Assembly: GCA_039961715.1 (NCBI GenBank)
Contig: JABRVW010000067.1
Coordinates: 18,396-82,395, forward strand
Length of the DNA stretch: 64,000 bases
Origin: Ignavibacterium sp.
GTDB taxonomy: Bacteria > Bacteroidota > Ignavibacteria > UBA10030
Direction of reading: 5' to 3'
Positions 9,721-20,551 of the stretch are shown here, piece after piece. Positions within the stretch are counted from its first letter, which is position 1. Every line of letters starts with the position of its first letter. Under the pieces are notes generated by a model, which searched no databases, was not told where the DNA came from, and saw only the letters and a program-made list of their open reading frames with translations. The translations under genes and the position numbers were made by a program.

Positions 9721-11127
9721 CTACCGCGCGGTTCCCAGCAGCTTGTCCTTGACGGAATGCAGATACTGCAGAGCGGCGTCGTGCTCGTTGGGGATATGTC
9801 CGTCCAGAATGGCGTCCACGACAGCCTGTTTGAGCTTCCCGACCATCGGCCCCGGCCCGATGCCGCACTCTTTCATGATCTCTTCGCCGTTGAGCGCCGG
9901 ACGCCAGTTCCGCATCCGATCCTTTTCCTCGACTTCCGCCATCTTGCGCGCCACCATCTCGTAGTTCTGCCGGACCTCACGCACAAGCCGCGGGTTCTTC
10001 GACGTGATGTCGGCGCGGCAGAGGGACATCAGATCATCGACGTCTTCGCCGGCCTCAAACAACAGCCTTCGTACCGCAGAGTCCGTGACCTCCTCGTCCA
10101 CGAGGGCCATGGGACGGAGGTGGAGGCGAACGAGCTTTTCCACGTACGGCACGCGTTCCAGGGGAAGCTTCATTCTTCGAAAGATCGGCTTTACCATCCT
10201 CGCCCCGACCTCCTCATGCCCGTGGAACGTCCACCCCACCCCTTCGCGGAACGCCTTCGTTCGCGGCTTTGCGATATCGTGCAATACGGCGGCCATCCTC
10301 AGCCAGACGTTCTCCGTTTCGCGACTGATGTTATCCAGAACCTTCAGCGTGTGAAGGAATACATCCTTGTGGTGGTACTCCTTCCGCTGTTCCACGCCGG
10401 ACAGGGCCGCCATCTCCGGAAAGACAATGTTCAGAATGCCGGTTTCCTGCATGGGCAGAAAGCCGACCGATGGCCGCGGGGTCGACAACAATTTCAAAAA
10501 CTCGTCCGTGATGCGCTCCTGGGAAACAATCCGCAGACGCTCGCGCATTTCTTCCGCCGCTCGCAAGGCTGCAGAGTCGATCCGGAAGTCAAGCTGTGCG
10601 GCAAACCTCATGGCGCGCAGAATTCTCAGCGGGTCGTCATCGAACGTCTTTGCCGGATCCAGCGGCGTTCGGAGGATCCGGGCTTTGAGGTCCTTCCTCC
10701 CCCCGAGCGGATCCAGCAATTTCCCACGGGCTGACGCGTTCAATGCGGCGGCCATGGCGTTCACAGTGAAATCCCGCCTGAGCAGGTCTTCCTCGATAGT
10801 ACCCGCAGCCACGGCGGGCTTTCTTGACCCGGGATCATACCGCTCCTGCCGGGCGCCGACAAATTCGATCTTTCCGCCGTCGTACGGCACCATCGCCGTG
10901 CCGAACTTTGGAAAGGTCACAACATTCTCCGCGCGCAGCTCCCTGGCCACGATTCCCGCGAACACAATACCATCCCCTACGACTACAATATCCACATCCT
11001 TTCCGGGTTTTCCCAGAAGGCTGTCGCGCACAAATCCCCCTACCACGTAAGCTTCGATCTGCTCGCGGTCCGCGACCTCTCCAATGACGGACAGGATCTC
11101 CAGTTTCAGTGGGATGGTATCGGTCAT
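9721..11127 (-). CDS. cca: CCA tRNA nucleotidyltransferase / poly(A) polymerase family with HD domain
   Basis: GGFVRDSLLG...DVDIVV nucleotidyltransferase head, RRDFTVNAMA motif, C-terminal HD domain (LHDIAKP). ATG overlaps the upstream stop (ATGA at 11124-11127). Confidence 0.85.
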   Translation of the reverse strand: MTDTIPLKLEILSVIGEVADREQIEAYVVGGFVRDSLLGKPGKDVDIVVVGDGIVFAGIVARELRAENVVTFPKFGTAMVPYDGGKIEFVGARQERYDPGSRKPAVAAGTIEEDLLRRDFTVNAMAAALNASARGKLLDPLGGRKDLKARILRTPLDPAKTFDDDPLRILRAMRFAAQLDFRIDSAALRAAEEMRERLRIVSQERITDEFLKLLSTPRPSVGFLPMQETGILNIVFPEMAALSGVEQRKEYHHKDVFLHTLKVLDNISRETENVWLRMAAVLHDIAKPRTKAFREGVGWTFHGHEEVGARMVKPIFRRMKLPLERVPYVEKLVRLHLRPMALVDEEVTDSAVRRLLFEAGEDVDDLMSLCRADITSKNPRLVREVRQNYEMVARKMAEVEEKDRMRNWRPALNGEEIMKECGIGPGPMVGKLKQAVVDAILDGHIPNEHDAALQYLHSVKDKLLGTAR

Positions 11128-12134
11128 GAGCCCATGGTGATGGTTTGTTGCTCAATGGTTTCCAGAATCTCGGCCGCAACCTCCAGCGCCTGGAGGCCGT
11201 CGCGTCCGGTCACAGGCGGCTCTTTTCCGTCCCTGATGCACTGGGCAAAGAGCTCGAGTTCATGTTTCAGGGCATTTACTTCGCGGATTTCAGGCTGTTC
11301 GTACACGATCACGCGTTTGCGGGTGCCCTGCTCGATCTTCCCCAGCAGCATGGTCGAATGCACGTGGGGGTCGGACTCATCGACGATCCGGAACACTTCC
11401 GCCATTCCCTGTGCAAAATCGATTGAGATGTACGCATCGCGCTGGAACAGCCTCATTTTTCGCATGCGATTTTGGGAAATGCGGCTGGCCGTGACATTCG
11501 CGACACATCCGTTTTCGAACTGAAGACGCGCGTTTGCAATGTCTGCAGAATCGGAGACCACTGCGACACCGTTTGCATCGATGCGCGTAACCCGGGAGCG
11601 CACCAGGCTCAGGATCAGGTCGATGTCGTGGATCATGAGGTCGAGAACCACGGCAACGTCTGTTCCGCGGGGATTGAACTGTGCCAGACGATGTGACTCG
11701 ATGAAGAGCGGATTGAGATTGTACTGTTCCAGGGAAAGGATCGCAGGGTTGAAGCGTTCGATATGCCCCACCTGGATGCTGCGCTTTCGTTGATCTGCAA
11801 GCTCCACGAGCATCCTGGCCTGCTCGATGGTTGCCGTCATGGGCTTCTCAACGAACACATGACGATCCGCCTCGAGCGCCTGCCGGGCAATGTCGAAGTG
11901 GGCCTTCGTGGACGCGGCAATGCTCACGGCGTCTGCGGAAGCGATGGCTTCGTCAAGGCTCCGAAAAACGGGCACGGTACAATCGCCCGCCACAGCCTGC
12001 GCCTTCTTCGCATCGATGTCGAAAATGCCCGTGAGCCTTACTCCCTCAATTCCTGCAAGCATCTTCGCGTGAAGAGCACCCAAATGTCCCGCTCCGATGA
12101 CGGCGATCTTCAGCATCCCATCCCCATGCGTCAT
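11124..12134 (-). CDS. Gfo/Idh/MocA family oxidoreductase
   Basis: KIAVIGAGHLG Rossmann start and EKP motif (VFVEKPM). AGGAG lies 6 nt upstream of the ATG at 12134. Confidence 0.85.
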   Translation of the reverse strand: MTHGDGMLKIAVIGAGHLGALHAKMLAGIEGVRLTGIFDIDAKKAQAVAGDCTVPVFRSLDEAIASADAVSIAASTKAHFDIARQALEADRHVFVEKPMTATIEQARMLVELADQRKRSIQVGHIERFNPAILSLEQYNLNPLFIESHRLAQFNPRGTDVAVVLDLMIHDIDLILSLVRSRVTRIDANGVAVVSDSADIANARLQFENGCVANVTASRISQNRMRKMRLFQRDAYISIDFAQGMAEVFRIVDESDPHVHSTMLLGKIEQGTRKRVIVYEQPEIREVNALKHELELFAQCIRDGKEPPVTGRDGLQALEVAAEILETIEQQTITMGS

Positions 12135-12143
12135 GACAGTCTC

Positions 12144-13364
12144 CTAAGGTTGTTCGGTCACCTCGGTACCTCCGGGGCTTCGGCCGGAAACAAAGCCGGC
12201 GATCCTGTCGAAGCCGCCGAACCGCGGATCCCTATAATAGACAAATGCAGTATAGGTGTTAACGGTCCGCCAATCGTTTCCTTCGAGGACCACCCAGTCA
12301 TCCCCCGCAACGTATTGATAATCGTAGCGCCCGCGCCTGACGGACACCTCCCAGGAATAACGATTGCCGTCCTTCATCATCGGACCTCCCCTGGCCGTGT
12401 TCCAGCCGTTGAAATCTCCCACGACAAAGACCGAATCCCGTCCACCGTCCCAGACCAGTTCCAGAATCAGATTGAGATATTCGGCGTAGCGGTTCCCGGT
12501 TATCAGAGCCGAAGCGCCATTATAGTCCGGCGCAGATTTGGCTAGGAAACGGCTGACGTCGGCACCGCCGCGCAATCGGACCGGCCTGTCCTGAGGATAG
12601 AAATCGATATCGCGCAGATCCGCGACCCGGTACTCGTTTCCGGGCTGAATGTTATCGATTCTGAACCGAAGCCGTGCGGTACCAAATCCCCGGACAAAAG
12701 TATCCGGGTCATCGTCATCGTCGTCGATCCTCCATCGTCTTGTGATTTCACGATTCTTGTACAGATCGACCGTGCTGAAATCCGTGCTGTAGCATGCCAT
12801 CCCTGTGGCAGAGTCCGACAACGGGACCGTGAATGCGACGCTTACCTGGTTCACCTGGTTCCAGGGACTCACGGCCTGAGGATCCTGGCGATTGGTGACA
12901 ACCATCTGCGGCTGGATCAACGACTCCACAACGAAAAATCGTCCTTGTGCCAGGAGTTCGTTTCGATCCAGATCATGGATCTCGAGAAGATAGTTTCCCG
13001 AAAACGGGAATCCCTCGAATTGCGGTTCCTGAGGGATCGCAACCCTGTACTCAAACGAGTAGCCCTTCACGCCCTGGGGAGCATATCCGTAGGGCAGATC
13101 CGAGCGCGTGCGGAGACGAAGCTCGTCATTCACGAAGATTGTCTGTGTTGGATTCCAGTCGCGGTCGCAATGCACGAACCGTATTTGGAGATTCGGCGGC
13201 GCATCATCCAACAGGTCGAACTCGAGCATCATGGGAGCTGATGCCTGCCTCACCACGGGGAGGCCGGCCTCCGTCTGTCCGTACAGCCGCACGCCTTTGA
13301 TTCGTTCCGAAAAGGTCTCCTGTGCCGCCCCCGCCGCCGGAACGACGAGCGAGAGAAAGAACAT
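12144..13364 (-). CDS. DUF5103 / T9SS Plug-like protein with C-terminal CBM48-like domain
   Basis: Start re-picked to MFFLSLVVPAAGAAQ (signal peptide). IKGVRLY...LEFDLLDD...IRFVHCDRDWNPT matches the pattern I recall for the T9SS_plug_1st (DUF5103) family. The tail VVGDFNGWN...RYDYQYV is CBM48-like. Confidence 0.6.
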   Translation of the reverse strand: MFFLSLVVPAAGAAQETFSERIKGVRLYGQTEAGLPVVRQASAPMMLEFDLLDDAPPNLQIRFVHCDRDWNPTQTIFVNDELRLRTRSDLPYGYAPQGVKGYSFEYRVAIPQEPQFEGFPFSGNYLLEIHDLDRNELLAQGRFFVVESLIQPQMVVTNRQDPQAVSPWNQVNQVSVAFTVPLSDSATGMACYSTDFSTVDLYKNREITRRWRIDDDDDDPDTFVRGFGTARLRFRIDNIQPGNEYRVADLRDIDFYPQDRPVRLRGGADVSRFLAKSAPDYNGASALITGNRYAEYLNLILELVWDGGRDSVFVVGDFNGWNTARGGPMMKDGNRYSWEVSVRRGRYDYQYVAGDDWVVLEGNDWRTVNTYTAFVYYRDPRFGGFDRIAGFVSGRSPGGTEVTEQP

Positions 13365-13390
13365 GGTCGGGCACCAGAAGATGATTCCCC

Positions 13391-14053
13391 TCACGCTGAC
13401 ACTCCCACCATGTGTTTCCGCAGCCACTCGCGAAAATCACGCACGGCGTGAAACACGAAATCCGTCTTCATGTTCAGCACGCGCTCCTTTCCGTACGAGT
13501 CCCAGAGAACCGCCGCGATGGGAATTCCAGCCTCTCTCGCGGCCTTCACGTCCGACACGGCATCTCCGACCATCAGCACTTCGCTGCGGTTCAGGTCAAA
13601 TTGTTCCATGATCTTCCTGATGCCTTCGGCGGAGGGCTTGTGCTCCTGCACATCGTTGCCCGTCACGATCGCATCGAAATAGTCCCTGATTCCGCATTCC
13701 TCCAGCGTGATCGTCGTCGTGTGAATTCCCTTGCCGGTAAAGAGAGCGATGATCCTGCCCGCTTGACGGACATCATCGAGCACTTCTTTCATGCCGGGCA
13801 CCAGCTGCGCCAGGGTCTTATGGTGTTCCCGGTAGTATTCAAGGTATTCCGCCATCGCAGTTTCCAGCAGATCCTCGCCGACGATCTTCACAAGCGCTCC
13901 CTCTTCAGGCGGGCCGAACAGGGCAGTGATTTCGTGATCCGGCATCGTCCGACCCTGGTACTTCTTTACAATATAATTGAAGGAATCGAAGATGAGACGG
14001 TTGGTTTCCGTCAACGTTCCGTCCATATCGAAGATCACACAGCGCAGGTGCAT
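13391..14053 (-). CDS. HAD-superfamily hydrolase (phosphoglycolate phosphatase / PpaX-like)
   Basis: Start re-picked to ATG at 14053, because the track start is a TTG inside a hairpin / T-run. Motif I FDMDGTL, motif III K, motif IV GDAVSD. Confidence 0.85.
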   Translation of the reverse strand: MHLRCVIFDMDGTLTETNRLIFDSFNYIVKKYQGRTMPDHEITALFGPPEEGALVKIVGEDLLETAMAEYLEYYREHHKTLAQLVPGMKEVLDDVRQAGRIIALFTGKGIHTTTITLEECGIRDYFDAIVTGNDVQEHKPSAEGIRKIMEQFDLNRSEVLMVGDAVSDVKAAREAGIPIAAVLWDSYGKERVLNMKTDFVFHAVRDFREWLRKHMVGVSA

Positions 14054-14065
14054 CTGCTTCCTCTC

Positions 14066-14114
14066 AGAAAAAAAAGGCGTCAAGTCGTCCTGGAGGATCG
14101 TTGCTTGACGCCTT
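14066..14114 (-). terminator. Rho-independent terminator-like hairpin after the aldolase gene
   Basis: On the minus strand, AAGGCGTCAAG...CTTGACGCCTT (14074-14084 pairs with 14104-14114) is followed by 8 T (14068-14075). The HAD ATG is only about 14 nt further on, so this may act as an attenuator or processing hairpin. Confidence 0.5.
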
Positions 14115-14164
14115 GGTCAATACGCGGCTTCTCCGTGCGACAACCGGAGCAATCCCGGCTGTTG

Positions 14165-15220
<1,056 letters not shown>

Positions 15221-15369
15221 GACATCTCCAGATGAACAACAGTGTGGTGGTGAAACACAAAAATATATCATTCCTTTGTCTCGATAGCAAGGAACGCCCC
15301 TGTGTCCCCAACACTCCCGCTCAGCGCACATTTCTTGCATCTGCGTGGAATTCTGTCTACCATGAAACC

Positions 15370-16539
15370 ATGACGAAGAAGGTCGTTCTGAAAAGAAATG
15401 AAGAGGGTCGGATCCTCGCCGGACATCAGTGGGTGTTCAGCAATGAAACGAAATCCGTCGAAGGAAGCCCTGAGGCAGGTGACGTGGTGGCCCTGCACCG
15501 CCACGACGGGAAGTTCCTCGGCATCGGCTTCTACCATCCCCATTCCCTCATCTGTTTCCGTCTGCTCAGCCGGGAACGTGAGGAAGTAACCTTCGAGTTC
15601 TTCGAGAAGAGATTGAACCGGGCGCTGGATCTCCGCAGGAGGGTGTACCCGACGTCGGAGACCTTCAGGCTTGTTCATGGCGAGGGGGATTTTCTCCCGG
15701 GGCTGATCATTGACAAATACAACGAGTTTCTCTCCGTACAGACGCTCTCCTACGGCATGGACCGGCGTTTGACTCTGATCTGCGACGTGCTGGAATCGAT
15801 TTTGCATCCCAAAGCGATCGTCGAGCGCAACGAATCGCCCCTCCGCACCCTTGAACAGCTTCCTCTGAAGAAAGGCGTTCTGCGAGGCACGCCCGACCAG
15901 ACGATCATTTCTGAGTACGGCATAAAGTTCAAGATCGATCTGCTTACCGGCCAGAAGACGGGGATTTTTCTGGATCAGCGTGAAAACCGCAAGGCGGTGC
16001 GAAGGTACGTGAAGGGCGCCAGGGTGCTGGATTGCTTCTGCAACGAGGGAGGATTCAGCCTTAATGCGGTTGAAGGGGGCGCCGAGACCGTCGAGGGATA
16101 CGATTCTTCCGAGACCGCCGTCGCGAAGGCGGCAGTCAATGCGACGATCAACCACATGGAGAAGGTCACCTTCGGCATCGCAGACATTTTCGATCTTCTG
16201 AAAGGACATGTTGCGGCGGGAAAGCGGTACGATGCCGTCATTCTCGATCCTCCTTCGTTTGCTCGGAGCAAGAAGACGATCGCCACCGCGTTGAAGGGAT
16301 ACAAGGAAATCAACGGGAACGCGTTGCGGATGATCGAACCGGGGGGATTTCTGGTTACGGCCTCTTGTTCGCATCATGTGTCCGAAGAAGCGTTCTTCCG
16401 CACGATCGAATCCGCGGCGCGGAGTGCCGGAAGAACCGTTCAACTGCTCGATTCCGCAGGCGCCGGCCCCGACCATCCAGTTGTGCCGGCCATGCCCGAA
16501 ACGCGGTATCTCAAGTTCGGTATTTTTGCCGTGTGGTAG
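15370..16539 (+). CDS. rlmI: Class I SAM-dependent rRNA methyltransferase, RlmI-like (PUA + MTase)
   Basis: Start re-picked to ATG at 15370 ([26 protein letters not shown]-like). SAM motif [12 protein letters not shown] and motif [10 protein letters not shown] are present. Confidence 0.85.
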   Translation: MTKKVVLKRNEEGRILAGHQWVFSNETKSVEGSPEAGDVVALHRHDGKFLGIGFYHPHSLICFRLLSREREEVTFEFFEKRLNRALDLRRRVYPTSETFRLVHGEGDFLPGLIIDKYNEFLSVQTLSYGMDRRLTLICDVLESILHPKAIVERNESPLRTLEQLPLKKGVLRGTPDQTIISEYGIKFKIDLLTGQKTGIFLDQRENRKAVRRYVKGARVLDCFCNEGGFSLNAVEGGAETVEGYDSSETAVAKAAVNATINHMEKVTFGIADIFDLLKGHVAAGKRYDAVILDPPSFARSKKTIATALKGYKEINGNALRMIEPGGFLVTASCSHHVSEEAFFRTIESAARSAGRTVQLLDSAGAGPDHPVVPAMPETRYLKFGIFAVW

Positions 16540-16625
16540 GCCGCACCCCCCCTTGCCTTTGGCAGCGGAGGGAACTATATTGCAGTGGTATGGTGTTCGG
16601 TGAGTACACTATCGTCGAGGCATGC

Positions 16626-17369
16626 ATGCCGAGAACACGCCTTTTTCTTTCCCTTGCCGTTTTCGTCCTTGCAACGGCCATTGCCGTCGCTCAACAGCCC
16701 CCGCAAACCGATACGACCATTGTCTTTCAGCCGTCGCGCCCGGATCTCATTCGTGAAGACACCTTTGAGAATCCCTCGAAGGCCTGGGGATTTGACGTCA
16801 TGATCTCAAATAATGGCTTCGGCGCAGGGGCGTTTCTCCGCCATGAGTTTTCTGACAACCTCTCCGGCATCCTGACGTTCGCGATTTCAGACGTGAAGGA
16901 TGAGGCGGAGGTCGAGTACTTCGACCTCTTCGGCAATTCCGTCATCCCGGGCAAGAAGAACAGACTGATTATGATGCCCCTGGTCGCGGCTGTGCAGTAC
17001 AGGTTGTTCCGCGAGGACATCATGGATAACTTCAGGCCATACATCTCGGGCGGCATTGGTCCAACCATGATGTACGTCGCCCCCTATGCGTATACGACCG
17101 TGTTCACAGACACCGCATCCGGCCTCACGTTTACGTTTACGGAGGAAGTGGAATTCTTTGAGAGCCTTGGACGAGGTCAGGCGAAGTTCACTCTGGGGGG
17201 GTATCTCTCGGCGGGAGCATATTTCGGAGCTCCCTACGGCACACTCATCGGGTTGAGTATTCGTTACTACGTGGTGCCATTTCCTCAGGGGATCGAGATC
17301 ATGGAAGGGGTGACGGTCAAGAATTTCGGCGGGTTTTTCATCACGCTGAACATCGGTTCCTTCTACTGA
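16626..17369 (+). CDS. Hypothetical outer-membrane beta-barrel protein
   Basis: Start re-picked to MPRTRLFLSLAVFVLATAIAVAQQ (signal peptide). Alternating-hydrophobic strands; C-terminus ends ...NIGSFY. Confidence 0.6.
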   Translation: MPRTRLFLSLAVFVLATAIAVAQQPPQTDTTIVFQPSRPDLIREDTFENPSKAWGFDVMISNNGFGAGAFLRHEFSDNLSGILTFAISDVKDEAEVEYFDLFGNSVIPGKKNRLIMMPLVAAVQYRLFREDIMDNFRPYISGGIGPTMMYVAPYAYTTVFTDTASGLTFTFTEEVEFFESLGRGQAKFTLGGYLSAGAYFGAPYGTLIGLSIRYYVVPFPQGIEIMEGVTVKNFGGFFITLNIGSFY

Positions 17370-17416
17370 CCGCGAGGAACCGCCAAGAAGCAAGGCACAC
17401 GGAGTTCTGAGAACAC

Positions 17417-17480
17417 GAAAGCACCGGATTCACCCAGAGTCTCCCCTGAGCTCTGAGGAATCGCGGTGCTTTCTTTTTGT
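17417..17480 (+). terminator. Rho-independent terminator-like long hairpin
   Basis: GAAAGCACCG (17417-17426) pairs with CGGTGCTTTC (17464-17473). Inner GATTC/GAATC and CAGAG/CTCTG pairs are present, followed by TTTTTGT. Confidence 0.55.
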
Positions 17481-17593
17481 GCTTTTGCAAGCTACACAAA
17501 ACGAGAAGATCACCCCGTGATGCGAGTCACATCCACCGCCGGCTTCCCTCCTTTTTACGTTGTAGCGTTCTGCCCCTGGCATGCGTCTCACCC

Positions 17594-18142
17594 ATGACAG
17601 ACCACTCCTCATCAATGGATGAACCGCAGCTGATTGCCAGGGCCCGGCAGGGAGACCACAACGCCTTCCGGACGCTGTATGAACTCCATGTGGATGGCTT
17701 GTACAGGTTTCTCAAGCAGTTTTCCGGGAATCACGACGATGTGGAGGACTGGGTACAGCGCAGTTTCATCCGCGCTTACCGCGCCCTTGACCGGTTCGGG
17801 GGCAGGTCGCGCTTCGCCACCTGGCTCATTGCCATCGGTCTCAACGAAATGCGGTCTGATCGGCGCAAGCCCGCCATGGTGATTGTGGGCGGTGGAGCAG
17901 AGCCGGCGGCAGAGGAAGACCTCGCGGAGCGCTTTGTCTGGGACGACCTGATGCGGGGTTGGCTTGCAGAGCTCGACGAGACCAAGCGTGCCGTGTTTCT
18001 CCTCTATGAGGTGGAGGGCTTCTCCCACGCGGAAATTGCCGCAATGCTGGAAATCGGCGAAAGCGCCTCCCGGACAATTCTTGCAAGGACAAAACAATGG
18101 CTCAGAGAACAATGGAATCGGGAAAGGAAGGAGGCCGGATGA
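17594..18142 (+). CDS. ECF-type RNA polymerase sigma-70 factor
   Basis: Start re-picked to ATG at 17594. Region 2 (AFRTLYELHVDGLYRF, DVEDWVQRSFIRAY) and region 4 HTH (FSHAEIAAMLEIGESASRTILAR) are present. Confidence 0.9.
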   Translation: MTDHSSSMDEPQLIARARQGDHNAFRTLYELHVDGLYRFLKQFSGNHDDVEDWVQRSFIRAYRALDRFGGRSRFATWLIAIGLNEMRSDRRKPAMVIVGGGAEPAAEEDLAERFVWDDLMRGWLAELDETKRAVFLLYEVEGFSHAEIAAMLEIGESASRTILARTKQWLREQWNRERKEAG

Positions 18143-18636
18143 ATCCTTCACAGTATTATCAAGAGAGCGACCTTCCCACGTCACGCCAGAGGCGCCGAAT
18201 GTGGGGACGTATCGAAGCTTCCCTGCGTCCGAGGACAATCATCCGGGTCGACGATCGAAGAAGCTTCTTCTGGGGAATGGCGGCGGCGTTTCTGCTTTTC
18301 TTCAGTGCGTACGGCGCCTATCACGCCTTGTCGCACCTCAGCGAGTCGGAGCGGCCGATTGCCCTCCGGTTCGACGCAGCTTACCGTTCCGCCATTGCCG
18401 AATTTGAAAGCGTGCTTCCGGCAGCCATCCGGTCGGACGATCCCGGACAGGATCACGTTCTTCTCGACATCCAGCGGCAACGGATCGAGTTGCTTGATAC
18501 GGCCATCCGCGAACTTCAGCAGGATATGAACCGCACCGACCTTTCGCCGCTCAAGCGCGCCCGACTGCGCCAGCTCTACATGCTCAAGCTGCAGGCCTTG
18601 TTTGATCTCATTGAACGCGGAGATACGATCTTATGA
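18139..18636 (+). CDS. Putative anti-sigma factor (single-pass membrane protein)
   Basis: ATGA overlap with the sigma stop (18139-18142). A short cytoplasmic N-terminus, one TM helix (FFWGMAAAFLLFFSAYGAY) and a periplasmic helical tail. Confidence 0.55.
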   Translation: MNPSQYYQESDLPTSRQRRRMWGRIEASLRPRTIIRVDDRRSFFWGMAAAFLLFFSAYGAYHALSHLSESERPIALRFDAAYRSAIAEFESVLPAAIRSDDPGQDHVLLDIQRQRIELLDTAIRELQQDMNRTDLSPLKRARLRQLYMLKLQALFDLIERGDTIL

Positions 18637-20030
18637 ACATGCTCACCGTGCTTGTTTCCGCCGCTGCGACCTTCGGGCTTGTCGTTCCATCTGAGCGGAC
18701 ACGCGACCTGGAACACCATGCGGTCGTCACGCCAGCACAGAAGCTGGAAATCAGGGGTCTTTCCGGTTCGCACATCGAGTTTCGCTCGTGGGACAAGAAC
18801 GAGGTTTCCATCCGCCTCCGTGCGAGAATTGCATCGTCCGACGAGGAGTATGAAGAGGAATACATCAATTCTCTGGAGATCGCGGAAACCAGAACGGCTT
18901 CGGCTCTGGTCCTCGAGTTCCGGGAAACGACGCGCAGTCTGAAGGGCTCGGGTTTCTGGAGCATCTTCACCGGCGGGGCTTTCGTGAAAAAGGAATTGAG
19001 GGGCGAGGTGTACGTTCCACGTTCCAATGCTCTTACCCTGGACTTCCGCCATGGTTCGATCACGCTGGAGGACATGAGGGGAGAATTGAACATCCGGGGA
19101 AAGAACAACACGCTTTCCCTCAAGAACTGCCAGAACGTGCGGACCGTTGAGAACGACTACGGTACGTCCGAGATACGCTCTTCCGGGGGGGCCCTTGAGC
19201 TCGACGGAACGAGCTCAACGATCACCATCGCCGCGTTCAAGGGAACCGTCGCAGTCAACGCGCCGTATTCCACGATCAGAATCAGTGATCTGACCGGCAG
19301 TGGAACCATCAAGTCCAAGAGCGGGAAGATCGCGGTGGAAAACGCCGGGGCCGGCCTGGCGATTGAGGCGGAGTACTCGATGGTCACTGCGGCGGACATC
19401 GGCGGACCCCTCTCCGTTACGACCAAAAGCGGTACTGTTCGCGTGCGCAAGGTGCGCGGTCTTGCGGTGGATGCCCCCTACTCGGATGTGGAGGCATCGG
19501 AGATTGACAACGCGGAACAGAAGGATGTCATCCTGACGAACCAATCCGGGTCGATCGCCCTCGAAAAGGTCAAGGGGAACGTTGTTCTGGATTGTCCTTA
19601 CACGGGCGTGGATCTCAGGGAGATCGACGGTTCCGTCACAGTCCGCTCGAAGAGCTCAACGATCAGAGCCGACGGGGTGGGAGGAGACTGGAAATCGGAA
19701 ACCGAATACTGCACGTTGCGGCTCCGCGCGCTTCGGCCCAAACAGCTCATCGCCGACAACAAGAGCGGCCTGATTCACGTGGAAGCCCTCAGCGTGCCGG
19801 AGAGAGTGGAGCTCCGGAATGAATATGGAAATGTCGAGATCGAGATTCCGAAAGGATTCTCGGGGGCGGTGGATCTTGATGCGGAATACGGAACGGTTGA
19901 AACCGATTTGCCGCTGAACGTTCGAAAGCGTGCCTCTTCGGCCTACGCCGTTGGAACCGTCGGATCCGGCTCCGGGTCAATCCTTATCCACACGCGTTCG
20001 GGCAACATCCGGCTCGAACAGTCCAGGTAG
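18633..20030 (+). CDS. DUF4097-like repeat (putative adhesin / beta-helix) protein
   Basis: ATGA overlap with the upstream stop. Contains many roughly 20-aa repeats of the type G.I.V....G.L....SG.I, as in DUF4097 proteins commonly found beside ECF pairs. Confidence 0.65.
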   Translation: MNMLTVLVSAAATFGLVVPSERTRDLEHHAVVTPAQKLEIRGLSGSHIEFRSWDKNEVSIRLRARIASSDEEYEEEYINSLEIAETRTASALVLEFRETTRSLKGSGFWSIFTGGAFVKKELRGEVYVPRSNALTLDFRHGSITLEDMRGELNIRGKNNTLSLKNCQNVRTVENDYGTSEIRSSGGALELDGTSSTITIAAFKGTVAVNAPYSTIRISDLTGSGTIKSKSGKIAVENAGAGLAIEAEYSMVTAADIGGPLSVTTKSGTVRVRKVRGLAVDAPYSDVEASEIDNAEQKDVILTNQSGSIALEKVKGNVVLDCPYTGVDLREIDGSVTVRSKSSTIRADGVGGDWKSETEYCTLRLRALRPKQLIADNKSGLIHVEALSVPERVELRNEYGNVEIEIPKGFSGAVDLDAEYGTVETDLPLNVRKRASSAYAVGTVGSGSGSILIHTRSGNIRLEQSR

Positions 20031-20037
20031 AAGCTAT

Positions 20038-20068
20038 CCGGCCCTCCGCGGAAACAGTTGAGGGCCGG
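20038..20068. terminator. GC hairpin between convergent genes (possible bidirectional terminator)
   Basis: CCGGCCCTC (20038-20046) pairs with GAGGGCCGG (20060-20068). There is no clear T-run on either side. Confidence 0.35.
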
Positions 20069-20092
20069 TGCTCTTCGGCCAGGCAGGATCTT

Positions 20093-20551
20093 TTACGGAT
20101 AGAACCGAAACGCTATTCCCCCTTCGAGGCCCAGGCCGACGACGGGGCTCAGAAAGAGCGCTGGGCCGATCTCGAAGGCAATGTCAAACGGATCCCGAGG
20201 AAAAATGTAATCAGCCCCGAACATGAACCGGGCACCGAGAGCAAGCGTGCTCTTGTCGTAGCGCGGTCCTCCAAACGACGCCGCACCGAGAAACACGCCC
20301 GGGCCATAGTAGAACGGGATGTCGGGATTTCTGAAGGCGTTGGAATGAAACAGGTAATCAGCACCGAACGCTATTCCGCCGAATCCTCCCCCCACAAATC
20401 CCTGAAGGGCTTCGGAAGGCTTGCTCCAGTACTTGACGGAGAATCCGGTCGGCGCTCCCACAATAAGCCCGATGCCCACCTTCTTCGTCTGAGCCATGCT
20501 CCCCACGGCAATCACGAGGCTCAGGACAACCATCGCAAGTATCCTCTTCAT
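20093..20551 (-). CDS. Small outer-membrane beta-barrel protein
   Basis: Start re-picked to MKRILAMVVLSLVIAVGSMAQ. ATGA overlap with the uvrA stop (20548-20551). Glycine/aromatic-rich strands; ends AFRFYP. Confidence 0.6.
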   Translation of the reverse strand: MKRILAMVVLSLVIAVGSMAQTKKVGIGLIVGAPTGFSVKYWSKPSEALQGFVGGGFGGIAFGADYLFHSNAFRNPDIPFYYGPGVFLGAASFGGPRYDKSTLALGARFMFGADYIFPRDPFDIAFEIGPALFLSPVVGLGLEGGIAFRFYP

